Positions 56,854-64,000 of a DNA stretch of 64,000 nucleotides are shown in pieces. Both the position numbers and the translations under genes were made by a program. Position 1 is the stretch's first letter. The number at the start of each line of letters is the position of its first letter. Below the pieces are notes generated by a model. The model was given only the letters and a program-made list of their open reading frames with translations, was not told the origin of the DNA and searched no databases. The stretch is from NCBI RefSeq assembly GCF_009914755.1, contig NC_060932.1; one strand, 5' to 3'. The stretch is from the human T2T-CHM13v2.0 reference genome, Homo sapiens.

Positions 56854-57268
56854 TCACACCTATGCGAGTTATAGATTTACAGGTCTGCATTGCAATGTCT
56901 TACACAGGACCTTTCACATTCTATTAGGATGGATGTCTTTGGAATTAGGCTGTTAGAACAAAGATATGTTTTCTCATTTATTCATTGCTTTAAAAAATAA
57001 AGAAAAAAGAGAAGAAAAGGAAGAAAGAAAAAACTTCTGGAGGCTATAGAGGTGTAGAAATTATTTCAAATTAGATAATCCTTTTTATCTTTAATAATAG
57101 TTTCTCCTTGAGCCATAAGCTTTGGTGTATCTAGGATGTCCTGAGGTTACCAGGATACAAAATTTCTCCTAAGCCAATTAGAACTCCCAATCCTGATTAA
57201 CTGAAAGAAGTCAGATACTAACAACCTTCTTTATCTAGTTCTACAAACACCTTAAGATTAACTAATAA

Positions 57269-58290
57269 GCCAAAATTGACAAATGGGATCTAATTAAACT
57301 AAAGAGCTTCTGTGCAGCAAAAGAAACTATCATCAGGGTAAACAGGCAACCTACAGAATGGGAGAAAATTTTTGCAATCTTCTGACAAAGGGCTAATATC
57401 CAGAATCTACAAAGAACTCAAACAAATTTACAAGAAAAAAACAAACAACCTCATCAAAAAGTGGGCAAAGGATATGAACAGACACTTCTCAAAAGAAGAC
57501 ATTTATGCAGCCAACAGACACATGAAAAAATGTTCATCATCACTGGCCATCAGAGAAATGCAAATCAAAACCACAATGAGATACCATCTCACACCAGTTA
57601 GAATGGCGATCATTAAAAAGTCAGGAAACAACAGGTGCTAGAGAGGATGTGGAGAAATAGGAACATTTTACACTGTTGATGGGACTGTAAACTAGTTCAA
57701 CCACTGTGGAAGTCAGTGTGGTGATTCCTCAGGGATCTAGAACTAGAAATACCATTTGACCCAGCCATCCCATTACTGGGTATATACCCAAAGGATTATA
57801 AATCATGCTGCTATAAAGACACGTGCACACACACATTTATTGCAGCACTATTCACAATAGCAAAGACTTGGAACCAACCCAAATGTCCATCAGTGATAGA
57901 CTGGATTAAGAAAATGTGGCACACATACACCATGGAATACTATGCAGCCATAAAAAAGGATGAGTTCATGTCCTTTGTAGGGACATGGATGAAGCTGGAA
58001 ACCATCATTCTCAGCAAAGTATTGCAAGGACAAAAAAACAAACACTGCATGTTCTCACTCATAGGTGGGAATTGAACAATGAGAATACTTGGACACAGTA
58101 AGGGGAACATCACACACTGGGGCCTGTCTTGGGGTGGGAGGAGGGGGGAGGGATAGCATTAGGAGAAATACCTAATGTAAATGACAAGTTCATGGGTGCA
58201 GCACACCAACATGGCACATGTATACATATGTAACAAACCTGCACATTGTGCACATGTACCCTAGAACTTAAAGTATAATAATATAAAAAA
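57269..58290 (+). mobile_element. 5'-truncated L1PA (L1PA4-6-like), ~1 kb
   Basis: ORF2 C-terminus ([31 protein letters not shown]) and a G-rich 3' UTR. TSD ATTAACTAATAA at 57257-57268 and 58291-58302. Confidence 0.95.
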
Positions 58291-59184
58291 ATTAACTAAT
58301 AAATGTATTCACTTTTATAGAATGGTGAATTTACTTATTTTGTTAAGTAAATTTTATGACTTATTTTATTAAGTAATTATTACTTATTTTGTTAAGCATA
58401 TGTATTAAAATTCCTATGATAAAAGAACTTCAAAAAGAGGTTTTTATTAAAGAGGAATGAAAATGCAAAGTGTCTGAAAAAGTTTCTTCATTCTAAGATT
58501 TGACGTGTTTGTTCTTAATAAATGAAAAATATTCTTTTGCGAGCTTTAAATGTTTCTTAAATTATCTGTGAATATAGATACTATGATAAACTTGCATAAT
58601 TTTGTATAGGTGTCAAAAACAGTATATTTCATACAGTAAACAACATAAATGTAAGTTATTAATATGGTTAATAACATAGCTACAGGACATGTTTGCCTGC
58701 ATTCCTTAGACTTACATAGGAAGGTCTTGCTAAATTATTAACCCAATGTCATCAATTACTTCACCTACTGCTTCCTTTTTAAAAATATATCTGTCTTGCC
58801 GTCTGCATCACAGTTTCTCAGAGGATAAGCCAGCTGTGATTGGGCACTGGAAATTCTGTTAGTATCAGCACCTACCTAGGACCAGAGAAATTATCAGCAA
58901 AGGAAAAGAAGAAAAGCTTAAAATACACCAACTGAACTTTTTAAAATAAGACAGCTGTACCCTTTCTGTGAATCAACTAAGAAGAATGAATAGTATTACG
59001 GATGACCTGTGTAGGCCAATAAGCAAAAACAAGATGATGAAATTCCCTCCCCATCTCTGCTATTGCAATGATGTCACATCAAAGGAAAAGAATCTCATCA
59101 ACTCTCCTGCAGTCTCAGGGTTTATGACGTCAGCAGAGAGGGCAAGTAATTTATAGCATTGTGTTTACTCTGGAGCCATTTGAT

Positions 59185-59319
59185 ATGTATTAATACATGC
59201 AGCAGCAGCTGTCTCTTTTACAAGAGAAGTGTGCTCACATGAGCTCTCTCACCCAAACTGAGAACATAAGCACACTCTAATAGCAAAAGAGGCAGCTGCT
59301 GTTGCATGAATTAATACAT
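59185..59319. repeat. Long imperfect inverted repeat (51-bp arms)
   Basis: Arm 59185-59235 matches the reverse complement of 59269-59319 at 42 of 51 positions by hand alignment. Confidence 0.9.
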
Positions 59320-61456
59320 TATAAGTTAGTCTCTCATTTGTTATTCTTTTTTAAATTTTACTATTTTAAAAATAAAAATACTTAAGATTTTAAAAGAAAT
59401 AACTTCTACAGAGAACTCATATTATGATTAGATATGATGAAGTAAATTACGTCAGTTTTATTATATTTTTTACAGAACAATTCATTTGCATATCAAAATA
59501 AAAAATTTAAGTATTTATTATTTTCAGAACTGAGGCATCTGGTGTCTTTGAAATGCTCAAAGCAGTGAAAGAGAATAAAAGGGTTTCCTATTTTAAGTTT
59601 TGATACAAGGCTGAGAATGGATTTGTTCAATAACTTATATATAATTCCAGAAATAGAAATTAGCATTAGTATTCTATTTACTCCATTTACCTTGTAAACA
59701 TAAAAATGTTTTGCAAAAAGAAATGTTAAAAATGGTTTTTAATCCACCCATTGAGTTGCAAATAGTTACATTTGATATCCGTCCCTGGAAATATTTTAAG
59801 AATCTAAGTAAGTAATTAAGGAATTCCTGACTAGATATAGCAGGATAACAATATAACAGTCATTCAAACCGCAGGTGCAAAAGAGGAAGAATTGTTGTTT
59901 TATTAGCTATCCTTAAACTAATATATAGCTCAGGTACATCTACATACAGATATATGCTGGCATATATGTAGATATGGCTAATATATAGATCTATTTAGCT
60001 ATTTAAGATAAATAGATATAAATGCAATGAAATCCCAAAATTTCTAATTAATTGAAGTACTTCAGATAATACAAATCTTTGTTTCGTTTGGGGTTGTTTT
60101 AGTTTAGTTTATTGTCTGTTCATGTGTTGTTTTAATAAACAGGTTTTTAGAAAGCCAAAAGAGAAATTTCTTTTGAGACAAATGAAGAGTTGGTTCCATT
60201 CCCTTGATTCCTTTCAATTTCATTTTATAATTTCCTGTTCTCCTCAGTGCTAAGGTTACATTTCCATTTTGTAAATATTGTACTGTGTAAATCTTATACT
60301 TCTAATTTTATGCATTATTTTATCATTGTAAAATATCTGCAAATTAGTTTTCTGTTTATCTAGGACGCTTAAGTATTTAATATCTTTTTTCATGTTATGC
60401 TAGTTCTGTTAACAATATGGCTCATTATTTAATTCAGAAAGAATTTAAAAGGTGTGAGGTTTGTAACTGAAAGTGCTATAGTAATTTGCATTGACCTAAT
60501 TAGTTCATTTACATGTTGACCTTTAAAACCAGTGAAGTTTTGTAAACCCATCTTGTGGCTCCAACTATTTTACAAAACAGACATGGGAGAGGGGACTAAA
60601 AAACAAGGTAAGATTGATAAAGAAATATTGATGGTAAACTAAGGGAAAACAAAATTAAAACTGTGTACACCATCTCAATGAATTATGTAAAACAACCTTA
60701 GAAGACTGTTTATGTATTTTCTTATCAACTTTTTAGAACAGCAGTCAACTGACTGCACCTTTCTAGTTGCTTATTTTTAAGAAGTAACGGAAAAATAAGT
60801 ATGTAAACCTCTGCATTGTAGTTGAATTTCATGTCTCTAAAATTACTTTTAAATTTCTGGAATTATAAATAAGCACTCTGAATCCACTATACTATCATAG
60901 ATTCTGGAATGGATTACACAAAATCAAAATCTTAAAGAGAATTTAAGTATGCATACCTTTTTTTAAAAAGTAGTGCAAGCTTGTATCATTTGGAAAACAC
61001 AATACCAATTTTGCAGTCGATCTAGCTGAAAAGTTATATGGACAGATCAGTTTGAACAAATTCCCATGTCTGAAGTACCAGGAGTAGTTATATTAGGCCG
61101 CCTCTCAAAATGCATGCCCCTTTACTCATTCCTTGTCTACTAATCATTCATTTAAATGCCATATTTATCGTCTCTAATTCAAGCCTGCTGCTCTTGTTGC
61201 CCACTCTTTTACTGGAGGTCCCATCCCAAGAAATCTCCCGTACACCTCCAACCACGAGCTTCTTACCAAATGTCCTTGTTCTAGCTCTCCTAGTTTTTGG
61301 GGTTCCATGTGGACTCTCGACCTTGCTCCCCTCACGGTCCTCTCAAGTAAGATCTGCCTTTCTCCTGCTCCCCATATTGTAAAGGATTTGAAAGGTGAGG
61401 GGTAGCATGGGAAATGATAGTCAGAATTTTTCCTGTTGCCTCCAGCCAAAGGACTT

Positions 61457-61526
61457 TGTATTAGTCCATTCTCATGCTGCTATGAAGAAATACCCGAGAT
61501 TGAGTAATTTATAAAGAAAAGAGGTT
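61457..61526 (-). mobile_element. THE1/MSTA LTR end, interrupted by the young L1
   Basis: tgtattagtccattctcatgctgctatgaagaaatacccgagattgagtaatttataaagaaaagaggtt. Confidence 0.85.
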
Positions 61527-61530
61527 GCCT

Positions 61531-62434
61531 GAGGAGCCAAGATGGCCGAATAGGAACAGCTCCGGTCTACAGCTCCCAGCGTGAGCGACGCAGAAGACGG
61601 GTGATTTCTGCATTTCCATCTGAGGTACCGGGTTCATCTCACTAGGGAGTGCCAGACAGTGGGCACAGGTCAGTGGGTGCGCGCACCGTGCGCGAGCCAA
61701 AGCAGGGTGAGGCATTGCCTCACTCGGGAAGCGCAAGGGGTCAGGGAGTTACCTTTCCTAGTCAAAGAAAGGGGTGACAGACGGCACCCGGAAAATCGGG
61801 TCACTCCCACCCGAATACTGCGCTTTTCCAACGGGCTTAAAACACGGTGCACCACAAGATTATATCCCGCACCTGGCTAGGAGGGTCCTACGCCCACGGA
61901 GTCTCGCTGATTGCTAGCACAGCAGTCTGAGATCAAACTACAAGGCGGCAGCGAGGCTGGGGGAGGGGCGCCCGCCACTGCCCAGGCTTGATTAGGTAAA
62001 CAAAGCAGCCTGGAAGCTCGAACTGGGTGGAGCCCACCACAGCTCAAGGAGGCCTGCCTGCCTCTGTAGGCTCCACCTCTGGGGGCAGGGCACAGACAAA
62101 CAAAAAGACAGCAGTAACCTCTGCAGACTTAAATGTCCCTGTCTGACAGCTTTGAAGAGAGCAGTGGTTCTCCCAGCACGCAGCTTGAGATCTGAGAACG
62201 GGCAGACTGCCTCCTCAAGTGGGTCCCTGACCCCTGACCCCCTGAGCAACCTAACTGGGAGGCACCCCCCAGCAGGGGCACACTGACACCTCACACGGCA
62301 GGGTATTCCAACAGACCTGCAGCTGAGGGTCCTGTCTGTTAGAAGGAAAACTAGCAAACAGAAAGGACATCCACACCAAAAACCCATCTGTACATCACCA
62401 TCATCAAAGACCAAAAGTAGATAAAACCACAAAG
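61531..62434. promoter_or_regulatory. L1 5' UTR with internal sense promoter (YY1 site CAAGATGGCCG at ~61538-61548) and antisense promoter
   Basis: YY1 motif intact and many CpGs retained. Promoter function is established for this family and was not measured here. Confidence 0.75.
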
Positions 62435-63450
62435 ATCGGGAAAAAACAGAACAGAAAGCTGGAAACTCTAAAAAGCAGAGCGCCTCTCCTCCTCCAAAGG
62501 AATGCCGTTCCTCACCAGCAACGGAACAAAGCTGGATGGAGAATGACTTTGACGAGTTGAGAGAAGAAGGCTTCAGACGATCAAATTACTCTGAGCTATG
62601 GGAGGACATTCAAACCAAAGGCAAAGAAGTTGAAAACGTTGAAAAAAATTTAGAAGAATGTATAACTAGAATAACCAATACAGAGAAGTGATTAAAGGAG
62701 CTGATGGAGCTGAAAACCAAGGCTCGAGAACTACGTGAAGAATGCAGAAGCCTCAGGAGCCGATGCGATCAACTGGAAGAAAGGGTATCAGCAATGGAAG
62801 ATGAAATGAATGAAATGAAGAGAGAAGGGAAGTTTAGAGAAAAAAGAATAAAAAGAAATGAGCAAAGCCTCCAAGAAATATGGGACTATGTGAAAAGACC
62901 AAATCTACGTCTGATTGGTGTACCTGAAAGTGATGGGGAGAATGGAACCAAGTTGGAAAACACTCTGCAGGATATTATCCAGGAGAACTTCCCCAATCTA
63001 GCAAGGCAGGCCAATGTTCAGATTCAGGAAATACAGAGAACGCCACAAAGATACTCCTCGAGAAGAGCAACTCCAAGACACATAATTGTTAGATTCACCA
63101 AAGTTGAAATGAAGGAAAAAATGTTAAGGGCAGCCAGAGAGAAAGGTCGGGTTACCCTCAAAGGGAAGCCCATCAGACTAACAGCGGATCTCTCATCAGA
63201 AACCCTACAAGCCAGAAGAGAGTGGGGGCCAATATTCAACATTCTTAAAGAAAAGAATTTTCAACCCAGAATTTCATATCCAGCCAAACTAAGCTTCATA
63301 AGCAAAGGGGAAATAAAATACTTTACAGACAAGCAAATGCTGAGAGATTTTGTCACCACCAGGCCTGCCCTAAAAGAGCTCCTGAAGGAAGCACTAAATA
63401 TGGAAAGGAACAACTGATACCAGCTGCTGCAAAATCATGCCAAAATGTAA
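62435..63450 (+). pseudogene. L1 ORF1p, inactivated
   Basis: Start ATG>ATC at 62435. A 1-bp loss near the start (269 rather than 270 nt to Met91). TGA at 62689-62691 and TGA at 63415-63417 ahead of the normal TAA at 63448-63450. The ORF-track 237-aa product is the internal remainder. Confidence 0.9.
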
Positions 63451-63513
63451 AGACCATCGACGCTAGGAAGAAACTGCATCAACTAACGAGCAAAATAACC
63501 AGCTAACATCATA

Positions 63514-64000
63514 ATGACAGGATCAGATTCACACATAACAATATTAACTTTAAATGTAAATGGACTAAATGCTCCAGTTAAAAGACACAGACTGGCAAAT
63601 TGGATAAAGAGTCAAGACCCATCAGTGTGCTGTATTCAGGAAACCCATCTCACGTGCAGAGACACATATAGGCTCAAAATAAAAGGATGGAGGAAGATCT
63701 ACCAAGCAAATGGAAAACAAAAGAAGGCAGGGGTTGCAATCCTAGTCTCTGATAAAACAGACTTTAAACCAACAAAGATCAAAAGAGACAAAGAAGGCCA
63801 TTACATAATGGTAAAGGGATCAATTCAACAAGAAGAGCTAACTATCCTAAATATATATGCACCCAATACAGGAGCACCAAGATTCATAAAGCAAGTCCAG
63901 AGTGACCTACAAAGAGACTTAGACTCCCACACATTAATAATGGGAGACTTTAACACCCCACTGTCAACATTAGACAGGTCAATGAGACAGAAAGTCAACA
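63514..64000 (+). CDS. L1 ORF2p N-terminal APE-like endonuclease region, open to the window end (partial)
   Basis: Manual translation MTGSDSHITILTLNVNGLNAPVKRHRLANWIKSQDPSVCCIQETHL...NIYAPNTGAPRFIKQ...IMGDFNTPLS with no stop. N14, E43, Y115, D145 and N147 are present. Confidence 0.85.
   Translation, partial: MTGSDSHITILTLNVNGLNAPVKRHRLANWIKSQDPSVCCIQETHLTCRDTYRLKIKGWRKIYQANGKQKKAGVAILVSDKTDFKPTKIKRDKEGHYIMVKGSIQQEELTILNIYAPNTGAPRFIKQVQSDLQRDLDSHTLIMGDFNTPLSTLDRSMRQKVN

Larger units (their letters stand above)
61531..64000 (+). mobile_element. Young L1 with intact 5' end (L1PA2 or late L1PA3); runs off the window
   Basis: gaggagccaagatggccgaataggaacagctccggtctacagctcccagcgtgagcgacgcagaagacgg start, ~904-bp CpG-rich 5' UTR, ORF1, 63-bp spacer and ORF2 start. 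Confidence 0.97.

Noticed and set aside
58130-58153. G-quadruplex-like motif
   Set aside because: A standard part of the L1PA 3' UTR, not specific to this locus.
61110-61382. 90-aa hydrophobic ORF resembling a membrane peptide
   Set aside because: Pyrimidine-rich DNA yields Leu/Pro/Ser-rich frames by composition. No promoter, splice or homology support.
62704-63417. 237-aa ORF, the longest in the track
   Set aside because: It is the internal remainder of a broken L1 ORF1, not a host gene.

Overview
This is AT-rich, repeat-dense primate genomic DNA. AluY elements and an L1PA2/L1PA3-type element with the short ~900-bp 5' UTR point to human or great ape. I could not identify any host protein-coding exon. 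Almost every entry in the ORF track is a decayed L1 ORF1/ORF2 piece, an Alu or L1 antisense frame, a microsatellite frame or a chance ORF. Positions 1-13.2 kb are a nest: an old L1MA-type host is split by a near-full-length L1PA13-16-type element followed by an older L1MB 3' fragment, with three Alus inserted. Positions 13-31 kb are unique sequence with L2, MIR, MER30 and MaLR relics. Positions 32-43 kb are a second stack of L1s. Positions 43-61 kb are mostly unique DNA with L1 3' fragments and a large TA-rich palindromic repeat. The window ends in a young L1 (5' UTR, dead ORF1, start of ORF2) inserted in a THE1/MST LTR. All large L1s lie on the + strand. I cannot claim a new biological system. 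The best candidates for follow-up are a probable ancient L1 3' transduction (3423-10190), a 135-bp hairpin in a CRE/octamer-rich unique region (59185-59319) and an old ~143-bp direct duplication (43828/45606). Repeat subfamily calls come from remembered consensus features, and most boundaries are approximate.
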